A DNA stretch of 24,000 nt from contig NZ_FNGS01000002.1 of the NCBI RefSeq assembly GCF_900103285.1, forward strand, positions 298,709 through 322,708, written 5' to 3'. The notes under the pieces were generated by a model. It was not told where the DNA came from and ran no database searches. It saw only the letters and a list, made by a program, of their open reading frames with translations. The position numbers and the translations under genes are program-made. The DNA is from Siphonobacter aquaeclarae (GTDB lineage Bacteria; Bacteroidota; Bacteroidia; Cytophagales; Spirosomataceae). Shown here piece after piece: positions 1 through 8,013 of this stretch (position 1 is its first letter; each line of letters begins with the position of its first letter).

Positions 1-1063
1 GGTCCGACAACTGGATTTGCTGCCGTTGTATCTCCAGTTTCGCCGCCTGCTCCTTGTGTTTGGTATGGTACAGCGCGGAAACCGGGTACGAAATCCGGAG
101 TCCGGCTTTCCCCAACCCGTACAACGCACCGGCATAGGGGTAAAACAAAATCTGCGGGTAGGCATATTCGTAATCCGCGAAAAGCCCGATCCGGGGTTTG
201 TAGCCGGCTTGTACCTGTCTGAGGTTTAATTCACTGATTTCCTGCTGCTTGCCGGCGATTTTCAGCGCAAACGCCTGGCCCATAGCCTCCGAAACGTAGG
301 CGTCGTAATCACCCGTCAGTACCGGAGCCGCTTCCGAATCAGCCGGTACCACGCGGGTCGCTTCCGGAAGTCCGATCATCAGATTCAGTTTCTGCCGCGC
401 CAGTTCAACGGCATTCCGGATTTCGACAAGCGTCATTTTCTGGCGGGACAATTGCAGCTCTGCCCGAAGCAGATCGCTCCGGATGACCACGCCGTTCCGA
501 TGCAGCTCCCGGATTTCGGCGAGCCGCTTCTCCGCTTCTTCCATGTTTTTAAGCGTGAGTTGCTCGAAAACGAGGCTGCGGCTCAGGTCGAGGTAAACGG
601 CCGCAACGCGCAGCCGGACGTCAGCGGCCGCCTGCCGGCGCTGCTCTTCCGTGAGCGCGTGAACGACTTCCTCCGTTTGCTCCTTCGTCCGCTGCCGGTG
701 CCCTTCGTACAGGTTCAGGTAGGCATCGGCTTTGAGCTGGAAAAAGTTGTGAAGGACAGGGTATTGCGTAGGCGCCTGCAGCAATCCGCCTTCGTACATC
801 GGCAGATTGCTGATGCGGGCGTATTCACTTTTTACACCGATTTCGGGAAGGCGCTCCCGGCGGGTATCTTCCTGCTGCTGGTGGCTGATCTGTACCCGAA
901 GATCCCAATTCTTAACTGATTTGTTATACTTTTCAACCCGATCCCACGCCTCTTCCAGCGTCATCTTTTGTTCGGGCCCTGGGTTATCCTGGGAGAAGGC
1001 AGTAGATAAGCTACTCAAAATGAACAACATACACATGCCTGTTGTCCGACAATATGGTTTCAT
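1..1063 (-). CDS. TolC-family outer-membrane efflux protein (N-terminal ~354 aa; 3' end lies beyond the window start)
   Basis: Absent from the ORF track because it has no stop in the window. Reverse complement from the ATG (cat at 1061-1063) reads MKPYCRTTGMCMLFILSSLSTAFSQDNPGPEQKMTLEEAWDRVEKYNKSVK... and stays open to position 2. It has a signal peptide followed by long helical repeats (RSDLLRAELQLSRQKMTLVEIRNAVELARQKLNLMIGLP) typical of outer-membrane efflux proteins. The plus-strand ORFs 17..229, 452..919 and 807..1079 are antisense artefacts. Confidence 0.8.
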   Translation of the reverse strand, partial: MKPYCRTTGMCMLFILSSLSTAFSQDNPGPEQKMTLEEAWDRVEKYNKSVKNWDLRVQISHQQQEDTRRERLPEIGVKSEYARISNLPMYEGGLLQAPTQYPVLHNFFQLKADAYLNLYEGHRQRTKEQTEEVVHALTEEQRRQAAADVRLRVAAVYLDLSRSLVFEQLTLKNMEEAEKRLAEIRELHRNGVVIRSDLLRAELQLSRQKMTLVEIRNAVELARQKLNLMIGLPEATRVVPADSEAAPVLTGDYDAYVSEAMGQAFALKIAGKQQEISELNLRQVQAGYKPRIGLFADYEYAYPQILFYPYAGALYGLGKAGLRISYPVSALYHTKHKEQAAKLEIQRQQIQLSD

Positions 1064-1154
1064 TGGCTGTTTTTATTAACAGCCACAAAATTAGAATAGT
1101 CCAAAAAGGGAGATTTTATATAATTTGCCAATTATTTATCAGATTCCGCCACAC

Positions 1155-2003
1155 ATGACTGCACACGACGCCTATACAGCAGAATACCTGGAAGCAATTG
1201 ACCAAATTCCGGATTCGGTGTATGTTCTTCATGAAAAGCAGGAACACCGCTTTCCCTTTCATCAGCACGGAAAAGGGCAATTGAGTTACATCGAAGGCGG
1301 GATCGCTTACCTCAACACCCGCAACAAAGCCTACTTCGTCCCGGCCCGGCATTACGTCTGGATTCCGCCGGGGCTGGAGCACTTCGTGCACCACGCCACC
1401 TCTGCGTTGATGGTCCGGAATATCTATTTTCTGAACGAAGACGACGGGCAGCACCCGTTCTTCCGCCACATGGGTATCTATCCGGTCAGCAACCTGCTGC
1501 AGGAGATGCTCAAATTCAGTGAACGGTGGAAGGGCAATATCATCCCGGGGGGGTATCCGTACGAATTTCTGGTGACGATGAAGCACCTCCTGCCGGACGT
1601 GAGTACCCACCCGCTGCCGATTGCCCTGCCGACAACTGACAACGAGCGGCTTCGCCCGGTCATTCTCTATATTCGGTCACACCTCGGCGCTCCGCTGTCG
1701 TTGCCGGAAGTAGCTTTTCGTTTTGGATTCAGTGAGCGGACACTCTCGCGTCTGTTTCAGCAGGTACTCAACCTGTCATTCCTCCAGTACGTCAAGATGT
1801 GCCGGATCATTACCGCTATCGAACAACTGCTGCAAACCGATAAAAGCGTAACCGAAATCGCCTACGATGTCGGCTATTCTTCCCTTCCTACGTTCAGTAA
1901 TACCTTTTATCAGTTGGTCAACCGGCGTCCGGCGGAATTCCGAAATTCTCTGTCCGGGTCGTCTCTCGATGACAGCGATCAAAAAAAACAGGTAGATTTT
2001 TAG
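1155..2003 (+). CDS. AraC-family transcriptional regulator (N-terminal cupin-like domain + C-terminal AraC HTH)
   Basis: The C-terminus LSLPEVAFRFGFSERTLSRLFQQVLNLSFLQYVKMCRIITAIEQLLQTDKSVTEIAYDVGYSSLPTFSNTFYQLVNRRPAEFR is a classic double HTH_AraC. The N-terminus FPFHQHGKGQLSYIEGGIAYL..VWIPPGLEH is cupin-like. The track start at 1125 is TTG; the first ATG is at 1155 (MTAHDAY), preceded by an AT-rich TAATTTG near-match to the -7 box. The gene is divergent from the TolC gene. Confidence 0.85.
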   Translation: MTAHDAYTAEYLEAIDQIPDSVYVLHEKQEHRFPFHQHGKGQLSYIEGGIAYLNTRNKAYFVPARHYVWIPPGLEHFVHHATSALMVRNIYFLNEDDGQHPFFRHMGIYPVSNLLQEMLKFSERWKGNIIPGGYPYEFLVTMKHLLPDVSTHPLPIALPTTDNERLRPVILYIRSHLGAPLSLPEVAFRFGFSERTLSRLFQQVLNLSFLQYVKMCRIITAIEQLLQTDKSVTEIAYDVGYSSLPTFSNTFYQLVNRRPAEFRNSLSGSSLDDSDQKKQVDF

Positions 2004-2125
2004 ACTTTCGGATAAATTTTTTCTGGAAAATCAGCGAAATTGCACTCGCAACAGAAAAATATTCTGACAAGTATCAAAATATCCGTGTTTCCCCTGACGC
2101 GGATTTGTCACAACACCCCGGGAGT

Positions 2126-3376
2126 ATGGCTTTTTACAAATCGACCCGTCTGGACAATCTCCGGTATGAAATCCGGGGACCTGTCTATGAAAAGGCCCTC
2201 GAACTCGAATCGCAGGGCTACAAAATCCTCAAACTCAACATCGGTAACCCGGCGCCGTTCGGGTTTGACGCGCCGGACGAGATCATCCACGACATGATCG
2301 TCAACATCCGCGACGCACAGGGCTATGCGGATTCCCGGGGTCTGTTTGCGGCGCGGAAAGCCGTCATGCACTATACGCAGAGCATCGGTATTCCCGGCGT
2401 CGCCATTGAAGACGTGTTCATCGGCAACGGCGTGAGCGAGCTGATTCTGCTGACCATGCAGGCTTTGCTCGACGACGAAGACGAGGTCCTCGTCCCTTCT
2501 CCGGACTATCCGCTGTGGACGACGTCGGTGGCTCTCGCCGGCGGCAAGCCCGTACATTATATCTGCGACGAAGAATCCGACTGGAATCCTGATATTCAGG
2601 ACATTGAGCGAAAAATCACACGGCGCACCAAAGCGATCGTCCTCATCAATCCCAATAACCCCACGGGCGCGGTGTATTCGAAGGATGTACTCGCCCGGAT
2701 CGCCCGGATCGCAGAGGAAAACCAGTTGATCCTCTTCGCCGACGAGATTTACGACAAGATTTTGTACGACGGCGCGGTACACCATCCGATGGGTACGCTC
2801 GCGACGGATACCCTCTGCCTGACATTCGGCGGGCTCTCCAAAAACTACCGGGCAGCCGGATTTCGCGGCGGCTGGCTGATTCTCAGCGGCGCCAAACAGC
2901 GCGCCAAGTCGTATATCGAAGGACTTAACCTCCTGGCCAGCCTCCGCCTGTGCGGTAACGTACCGGCGCAGTTTGCCATTCAGACGGCGCTGGGCGGGTA
3001 CCAGAGTATTCATGACCTAGTCGCGCCGACGGGCCGCCTCTACAAACAGATGCAACTGACATACGACCGCATCACAGCGATTCCGGGCATCACCTGCGTC
3101 AAACCGAAAGGGGCGCTGTACCTGTTTCCGAAGCTGGATCTGAAGCGGTTTGACCTGGCGGGCGACGAGCAGTTTATCTACGACCTCCTCGTCAAGCAAC
3201 GGGTACTGCTGGTACCGGGAACGGGCTTCAACTACCCGAAAAACGACCACTTCCGGATTGTGACATTACCGCCGGTTGAGCAACTCAACCAGGCCATCGA
3301 CCGCATCGAAGGTTTTCTGAGTGAGCATGACACGGAAAAAAAAACCGCAGATGAAACCGAGGCAGTCGTAAATTAG
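2126..3376 (+). CDS. alaA: PLP-dependent class I/II aminotransferase, AlaA (YfbQ)-like glutamate-pyruvate aminotransferase
   Basis: Long colinear similarity to E. coli AlaA as I recall it: LKLNIGNPAPFGFDAPDEI, IGNGVSELI, LVPSPDYPLWT, INPNNPTGAVYSK, FADEIYDKILYD, the PLP-lysine context GLSKNYRAAGFRGGW, and NVPAQFAIQTALGGYQSI. The track start at 2105 is TTG; the ATG at 2126 (MAFYKSTRLDNL) is preferred. Confidence 0.88.
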   Translation: MAFYKSTRLDNLRYEIRGPVYEKALELESQGYKILKLNIGNPAPFGFDAPDEIIHDMIVNIRDAQGYADSRGLFAARKAVMHYTQSIGIPGVAIEDVFIGNGVSELILLTMQALLDDEDEVLVPSPDYPLWTTSVALAGGKPVHYICDEESDWNPDIQDIERKITRRTKAIVLINPNNPTGAVYSKDVLARIARIAEENQLILFADEIYDKILYDGAVHHPMGTLATDTLCLTFGGLSKNYRAAGFRGGWLILSGAKQRAKSYIEGLNLLASLRLCGNVPAQFAIQTALGGYQSIHDLVAPTGRLYKQMQLTYDRITAIPGITCVKPKGALYLFPKLDLKRFDLAGDEQFIYDLLVKQRVLLVPGTGFNYPKNDHFRIVTLPPVEQLNQAIDRIEGFLSEHDTEKKTADETEAVVN

Positions 3377-3402
3377 GGCGGAAACTGGAACGTCCTGAAG
3401 TC

Positions 3403-3443
3403 GTTCAGGGTTTTGCGCAGGTACTACGCGCAAAACCCTGAAC
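3403..3443 (+). terminator. Perfect 16-bp hairpin (gttcagggttttgcgc / gcgcaaaaccctgaac, 9-nt loop); candidate intrinsic terminator after the aminotransferase gene
   Basis: Read directly from the sequence: 3403-3418 is the exact reverse complement of 3428-3443. It lies 27 nt after the stop at 3376 and 30 nt before the ATG at 3473. There is no clear U-tract after it (ccgtttcgg). Confidence 0.45.
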
Positions 3444-3472
3444 CGTTTCGGTACCTATTCTCTAACCGTCTT

Positions 3473-4258
3473 ATGGAGCAACTGTTCTCGTCGAAAAAGC
3501 AAATACTCTTTTTCGTTCTCTCCGGTCTCTTCATCGCCAACGCCCTGGTAGCCGAAATCATCGGTTCAAAGATTTTCTCGGTAGAAGGCGTTTTGGGTCT
3601 GAACCCCGCCAACATACCCACTCCCTGGGGCGATACCTGGTCGTTTAACCAGGCCGCCGGCGCGGTCAACTGGCCTTTTGTCTTCATCATCGGAGACATG
3701 ATCAACGAGTACTTCGGGCGAAAGGGTGTGAAATGGCTTTCGTACCTGACGGCCATCCTCATCGCCTATTCCTTTTTTGTGATTTACATCGCGACAACGC
3801 TGCCGCCGGCCCAGTTCTGGCTCGATGTCAACCGCGGGAACAATAACTTCGACGTCAATTACGCTTTCAACACCATTTTCCGGCAGGGACTGGGTATCAT
3901 CGTCGGTTCCATTACAGCGTTTCTGCTGGCGCAGTTTCTGGATGTAACGGTCTTTCAGTATCTCCGCCGCAAAACCGGCCATAAGCATATCTGGCTGCGG
4001 GCGACGGGGTCTACCCTGGTGTCCCAGCTGATCGACAGCTTCGTGGTCGTTTATGTAGCCTTTTTTGTTTTTGGAAACTGGTCGGCCGGACAGGCGCTTT
4101 CCGTTTCCCTCAACAATTACCTCTATAAATTCATCATCTCTATTCTGATGATTCCGGTGCTGTACATCGTCCACTTCCTCATTGATAAATGGCTGGGTAC
4201 CGAAAACGCCCGGCAAATTGCGGAAGATGCGGCGACGGAGTTGCCGGTGGCGCTTTAG
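3473..4258 (+). CDS. yhhQ: Queuosine-precursor transporter, YhhQ/DUF165 (VUT) family membrane protein
   Basis: Multi-pass membrane protein carrying the family-typical segment FLLAQFLDVTVFQYLRRKTGHKHIWLRATGSTLVSQLIDSFVV. The track start at 3413 is a TTG inside the hairpin; the ATG at 3473 (MEQLFSSKKQILFFVLSG) is preferred. Confidence 0.75.
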   Translation: MEQLFSSKKQILFFVLSGLFIANALVAEIIGSKIFSVEGVLGLNPANIPTPWGDTWSFNQAAGAVNWPFVFIIGDMINEYFGRKGVKWLSYLTAILIAYSFFVIYIATTLPPAQFWLDVNRGNNNFDVNYAFNTIFRQGLGIIVGSITAFLLAQFLDVTVFQYLRRKTGHKHIWLRATGSTLVSQLIDSFVVVYVAFFVFGNWSAGQALSVSLNNYLYKFIISILMIPVLYIVHFLIDKWLGTENARQIAEDAATELPVAL

Positions 4259-4279
4259 TAGCAGGGGGCATGGGGCAAA

Positions 4280-4312
4280 GGGCATAGGGTAAGCTCCCGG
4301 CCCTATGCTCCC
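4280..4312. terminator. G/C-rich imperfect hairpin between convergent genes (gggcataggg / ccctatgc-t-cc); candidate bidirectional terminator
   Basis: The arm at 4280-4289 pairs with 4301-4312 (8 perfect bp, then a G-U pair and a G-C pair) around an 11-nt loop. The right arm overlaps the last codons and stop (4303-4305) of the histidine kinase gene. Confidence 0.35.
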
Positions 4313-5784
4313 TGCCCCTTGCCCGCCAGCGTGAACGTAAACGAAGCCCCTGCCCCCGGTTCGCTGGCGACTTCAATCGTTGTGTGGTGCAATTCCAGTA
4401 TTTTCCGGACGATGGCCAGTCCGAGTCCGGCGCCTTTTTCGGAATGCGCCTCGCCGTCGACCTGCTTGTACCGGTCGAATATCCGGCTCTGGTAGGCAGG
4501 GTCGATACCGATGCCGCTGTCTTCCACACTTACCTGCACACCGGCAGCTGCCGCAGCCAGCCGGATGGTTACCTGCCCGCCTTCGGGCGTAAACTTGAAG
4601 GCATTGTCAATCAGATTCTGAAAGACACGTTCGATCAGGGAGATATCTGCTAAAACAGGCGGAAGCAGCGGAGGCGCCTGCAAAGTCAACTCCAGCTTCT
4701 TCTGCCGGGCTTTCAACTGATAGGTACTGATGATGTCCGAGACCAGCTCGCTCAGCGGGAATACTTCGGCGTAGACAGCTACGGCATTCGCTTCCAGCTT
4801 GGCATATTGAAACAGCTGGTCCACCAGGCCGGAGAGCTGATAGGTACTGTCCTGAACAATAGAGAGATACCGTTCCTTCTCTGTCTCGGCCAGGGTATCT
4901 TTCTTGATCATCAGCGTTTCTACATATCCCTGCATGATGGAAAGCGGCGTCCGGAGATCGTGCGATACGTTCGCAATCAGTTCCTGACGCAGGCGGTCTG
5001 TTGCGGTTATCTTCTCGAAATTGTCGACAATTTCATCTGCCATTTCATTAAACGTGGACGTCAGTACGCCCAGGTTTCCTTTTGCATACCCGCGTATCCG
5101 GGCCGAATAATCCCCTTCCTTGAACCGCTGTACCACACCGGCTATGCTGCAAACGCTGTCGGTGATCAGGAAAAACGTCACCACACCTACGACAAACGCC
5201 CCGAGCAGTGCCGCAAAGAAGATATACCCTGCCAGCCGGAAGTACAGGTCGTCGTTGAGCAGCGCCAGTACCTCCTTTTGCTTTTCGCTGGCGAGTACCG
5301 CATAGACATAGCCGACCGTCCGACCGTTTTCGAAGACCGGCGCGACGGAAAAGGTACTCGGCTCGCCCGGCTGTTTGGGATTGTCGCCCATGGGTCGGCT
5401 GTCCATGTTTGCGGCAAGCCATTCGCGGACTTTTTCCATGTTTACGGTCTTCTGCCGGACCGTCGTTTCCGGTACGACATAGTCTGTAATTGTTCCGAGT
5501 GTATCCAGCAGGTATACTTCTACACTGGGATTGGCTACCATGGTAGAATGGATGATGTCGTGTGTGACCGTCGTATCGGGCTTTCCGTTTTTGATGGGCC
5601 GGGTGAACGTCGCCAGGTGATGGGCAATGTCTCCGTACAATTGCTGATGTGCCGTCATGTAATAGGACTTCGAAAACCGGGAGCCTATCATCACGAAAAC
5701 AAACCCGAGAAGGAGCAGCAGCGAGGCAAAAACGGCGCAGATTTTCCAGAAAAGGAGGTTTCCTCCGATGGTTTTTACAGACAT
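4303..5784 (-). CDS. Sensor histidine kinase (two TM segments, periplasmic domain, HAMP, HisKA, HATPase_c)
   Basis: H-box ELIANVSHDLRTPLSIMQGYVETL, N-box FQNLIDNAFKFTPEGG, G-boxes VEDSGIGIDP and GAGLGLAIVRKILELHH. N-terminal TM segment LLFWKICAVFASLLLLLGFVFVMIG and a second TM segment before a HAMP-like region. Confidence 0.92.
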   Translation of the reverse strand: MSVKTIGGNLLFWKICAVFASLLLLLGFVFVMIGSRFSKSYYMTAHQQLYGDIAHHLATFTRPIKNGKPDTTVTHDIIHSTMVANPSVEVYLLDTLGTITDYVVPETTVRQKTVNMEKVREWLAANMDSRPMGDNPKQPGEPSTFSVAPVFENGRTVGYVYAVLASEKQKEVLALLNDDLYFRLAGYIFFAALLGAFVVGVVTFFLITDSVCSIAGVVQRFKEGDYSARIRGYAKGNLGVLTSTFNEMADEIVDNFEKITATDRLRQELIANVSHDLRTPLSIMQGYVETLMIKKDTLAETEKERYLSIVQDSTYQLSGLVDQLFQYAKLEANAVAVYAEVFPLSELVSDIISTYQLKARQKKLELTLQAPPLLPPVLADISLIERVFQNLIDNAFKFTPEGGQVTIRLAAAAAGVQVSVEDSGIGIDPAYQSRIFDRYKQVDGEAHSEKGAGLGLAIVRKILELHHTTIEVASEPGAGASFTFTLAGKGQGA

Positions 5785-5785
5785 A

Positions 5786-6490
5786 TCAGAGGTCTTCGTT
5801 AAACCGGTATCCCACTCCCCAGGTGGTAAGTACGAAAACGGGGCTGGACGCGTCCGCCTCGATTTTACCCCTCAGCCTGTTGATATGGGTGTTGACGGTG
5901 TGTTCGTATCCTTCGAAATCATAGCCCCAGACCTGGCTCAGCAACTGCTTCCGGGTATAGCTTTTCCCGGGATTGGAAGCCAGCAACGCCAGCAGTTCAA
6001 ACTCGCGGGGGGAAAGGTCCAGGCGCTCCCCGTTCAGTACTACCCGGCGTTTGTCGATATCGATTTCCAAACCGCCGATCTGTACCAGAGGCGCCGGGCG
6101 TTCGGCGTATCGGGCGGCTTCCTCGCTCCGTCGAAAAATGGCCCGTACCCGGGCGATCAGTTCGCGAATACTGAAGGGCTTAGTCAGGTAATCATCGGCG
6201 CCGGTTTCGAGGCCTACTACCTTATCAATTTCTTCGGAGCGGGCCGTCAGCATCAGGATCGGCGTGCGGCGGTCGTTCTGCCTGATTTTCCGGCATACCT
6301 CCAGTCCACTGAGGCCGGGCAGCATGACATCCAGTATGACCAGATCAAAGGACGTACCCTGTGCCCGGGCCAGGCCTCCGGGGCCGTTTCTTTCTGCTAC
6401 TACCTGACAGCCCAGGTCCTTCAGGTGAATGGAAAGCAATTCGACGATCGCCGCGTCATCTTCCACAATCAGAATAGTCCGGGTATCCAT
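5786..6490 (-). CDS. OmpR/PhoB-family response regulator (receiver + winged-helix DNA-binding domain)
   Basis: ILIVEDDAAIVELL...DLVILDVMLPGLSGLEVC...ILMLTARSEEIDKVVGLETGADDYLTKPFSIRELIARV, followed by the C-terminal LSPREFELLALLASNPGKSYTRKQLLSQVWGYDFEGYEHTVNTHINRLRGKIE...VLTTWGVGYRF. Its stop (5786-5788) lies 1 nt from the kinase ATG (5782-5784), so the two form an operon. Confidence 0.93.
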   Translation of the reverse strand: MDTRTILIVEDDAAIVELLSIHLKDLGCQVVAERNGPGGLARAQGTSFDLVILDVMLPGLSGLEVCRKIRQNDRRTPILMLTARSEEIDKVVGLETGADDYLTKPFSIRELIARVRAIFRRSEEAARYAERPAPLVQIGGLEIDIDKRRVVLNGERLDLSPREFELLALLASNPGKSYTRKQLLSQVWGYDFEGYEHTVNTHINRLRGKIEADASSPVFVLTTWGVGYRFNEDL

Positions 6491-6539
6491 GCCACTCGTT
6501 TTTTGGTAAAGTTGGGGAATAAAAAAGTGTAAAAAGCGG

Positions 6540-6568
6540 CTGTGATACTTTCGTTATACTTCTGTGAC
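6540..6568. promoter_or_regulatory. Phased direct repeats in the divergent promoter region (TGTGA at 6541 and 6563; ATACTT at 6545 and 6556); candidate response-regulator operator
   Basis: The sequence reads cTGTGATACTTtcgttATACTTcTGTGAc. ATACTT repeats at 11-bp spacing and TGTGA at 22-bp spacing, i.e. one and two helical turns. The site lies between the response-regulator ATG (6490, minus strand) and the YHS gene ATG (6656, plus strand). Function is inferred only. Confidence 0.25.
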
Positions 6569-6655
6569 CCTCCGGGGATACCGGGTTTGTTGTTTTGTAC
6601 CATAGTCCTCCGGCCAAACCGGCCGGCTATCGGATTCAAAACCGGCAACACACCA

Positions 6656-7123
6656 ATGGGCAAGTACTTTCCAATTTTGATTCTTCTTCTGGGCTGTACC
6701 GGCACAGCCTTAGCCCAGACAGCAGAAACCCGTATGAAACAATACAACCTGGAGCGGTCCGGACTCGCACTGCAGGGCTATGATCCCGTATCCTATTTCA
6801 CGGAGAAGCGGGCGGTCAAGGGCCGGAAGGAGTATTCCTTTCTGCACAAAGGAGTAACCTACCTCTTCTCTTCTTCCCGGAACCTGGACACATTCCGGCA
6901 GGACCCTTCCCGCTATGAACCGCAATACGGGGGCTGGTGTGCCTACGCCATGGGCAAAAACGGTGAAAAGGTGGAGGTCGATCCCGAAACCTTCAAGATT
7001 GCCGATGGCAGGCTCTATCTCTTCTACAACCGATTTTTCAACAATACCCTCAACAGCTGGAACAAAGACGAGGCCGGCCTGAAAACCCGGGCCGATCTCA
7101 ACTGGAGAAAATTCGTTCCCTGA
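6656..7123 (+). CDS. Secreted YHS-domain protein (YHS domain-containing (seleno)protein family, Cys form), paralog 1
   Basis: Signal peptide MGKYFPILILLLGCTGTALAQ, then LALQGYDPVSYF..KGRKEYSFLHKGVTYLFSSSRNLDTFRQDPSRYEPQYGGWCAYAM...DGRLYLFYN. The track start at 6542 is upstream and non-ATG; the ATG at 6656 gives a clean signal peptide. Confidence 0.75.
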   Translation: MGKYFPILILLLGCTGTALAQTAETRMKQYNLERSGLALQGYDPVSYFTEKRAVKGRKEYSFLHKGVTYLFSSSRNLDTFRQDPSRYEPQYGGWCAYAMGKNGEKVEVDPETFKIADGRLYLFYNRFFNNTLNSWNKDEAGLKTRADLNWRKFVP

Positions 7124-7136
7124 TATCCCGACGAAC

Positions 7137-7577
7137 ATGAAAACACCTCTTTTCGCGGCCCTCCTGACCCTGGCCGGCTGGAGCAGCTTTGCCCAGCAAT
7201 CCGAAATTTTTGCTCCCGACGGCAAGGCATTGAAAGGCTACGACGCCGTTGCTTTTTTCCGGGATGCCGGGCCGGTCAAAGGAGCCGACAGTCTGGCCTA
7301 TTCCTACAAAGGAGCGAAGTGGCTTTTTGCCAATCGTGCTAATCTGGAAGCTTTCCAGGCCAATCCCGACGCTTTTGTTCCCCAATATGGCGGGTATTGC
7401 GCCTACGGAACTTCGGAAGGCCACAAGGCGCCGACAGAAGCAGAAACCTGGACGATTGTCGACAACAAACTGTATTTCAACTACAACCGGAAGGTAAAAA
7501 CTTCCTGGATGAAGAACCGGGACGAGCGGATTAAACAAGCAGATACACAATGGCCACTGATCAAAGACAAACCCTGA
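7137..7577 (+). CDS. Secreted YHS-domain protein, paralog 2
   Basis: Signal peptide MKTPLFAALLTLAGWSSFAQQ, then ALKGYDAVAFF..KGADSLAYSYKGAKWLFANRANLEAFQANPDAFVPQYGGYCAYG...DNKLYFNYN. It is colinear with paralog 1 and begins 13 nt after it. Confidence 0.75.
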   Translation: MKTPLFAALLTLAGWSSFAQQSEIFAPDGKALKGYDAVAFFRDAGPVKGADSLAYSYKGAKWLFANRANLEAFQANPDAFVPQYGGYCAYGTSEGHKAPTEAETWTIVDNKLYFNYNRKVKTSWMKNRDERIKQADTQWPLIKDKP

Positions 7578-7972
7578 TGAAACCACAGGTACAAAGGCGA
7601 TGGTCCTGGATATTGCGACTGGTCGCTGCCGGTATCATGGGGCAGACGTTGTATTTCAAGTTTACAGCTGCACCTGAGTCCGTCTACATTTTTTCCAGGG
7701 TAGGTATGGAGCCGTGGGGCCGGCTGTTTGTCGGATGCCTTGAACTGGCTGCGTCTATTCTGATCCTGATTCCGCGTACCACAGCCTATGGAGCCCTGAT
7801 TGGCATCGGCGTGATGACCGGAGCAATTTTCATGCACCTCACCCGACTCGGAATCGCCGTGCAGGGAGACTCGGGCCTGCTGTTTTTCTATGCCCTTGCG
7901 GTTTTTGTCAGTTGCCTGATTCTCGTCGGCTGGCATCGCCATACCCTATCGGGATTCCGGCTGCGGGAGTAG
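7577..7972 (+). CDS. DoxX-family small integral membrane protein
   Basis: About four hydrophobic helices (ILRLVAAGIMGQTLYFKF, GRLFVGCLELAASILILIP, AYGALIGIGVMTGAIFMHL, LLFFYALAVFVSCLILVGW), matching DoxX/DoxD-like size and pattern. The ATG at 7577 overlaps the upstream TGA (TGATG). The track start at 7550 would overlap the upstream gene by 28 nt. Confidence 0.65.
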   Translation: MKPQVQRRWSWILRLVAAGIMGQTLYFKFTAAPESVYIFSRVGMEPWGRLFVGCLELAASILILIPRTTAYGALIGIGVMTGAIFMHLTRLGIAVQGDSGLLFFYALAVFVSCLILVGWHRHTLSGFRLRE

Positions 7973-8013
7973 CACCAAACGCGTACGCCAGATCATCTTT
8001 CAATTCCCAAGCT

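Noticed and set aside
17-1079. Plus-strand ORFs 17..229, 452..919 and 807..1079 at the window start.
   Set aside because: The minus strand carries an open, TolC-like reading frame across the whole region (ATG at 1063). The plus-strand translations have no protein-like features.
2108-3013. A 301-aa minus-strand ORF antisense to the aminotransferase gene. Similar long antisense or off-frame ORFs occur at 3566..4285 (-), 4807..5802 (+), 5768..6532 (+), 9618..10187 (-), 12064..13500 (-, 478 aa), 14766..16004 (-, 412 aa) and 16898..17419 (-).
   Set aside because: Each lies opposite or out of frame with a gene that has unmistakable family motifs. Their translations are Arg/Pro/Gly/Ala-rich with no recognisable domains. 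This is the usual stop-codon depletion in the antisense frames of GC-rich coding DNA.
3377-3472. Possible preQ1 riboswitch upstream of the yhhQ-like transporter gene.
   Set aside because: A 16-bp perfect stem with a non-A-rich tail does not resemble preQ1-I (about 34 nt, 5-bp stem, A-rich 3' tail) or what I recall of class II/III. It is better explained as a terminator or stability hairpin.
6656-7577. An in-frame TGA (selenocysteine) in the YHS '(seleno)protein' paralogs.
   Set aside because: Both genes read through with Cys codons (TGT, TGC) at the conserved motif and have no internal TGA. No SECIS-like hairpin is needed or evident.
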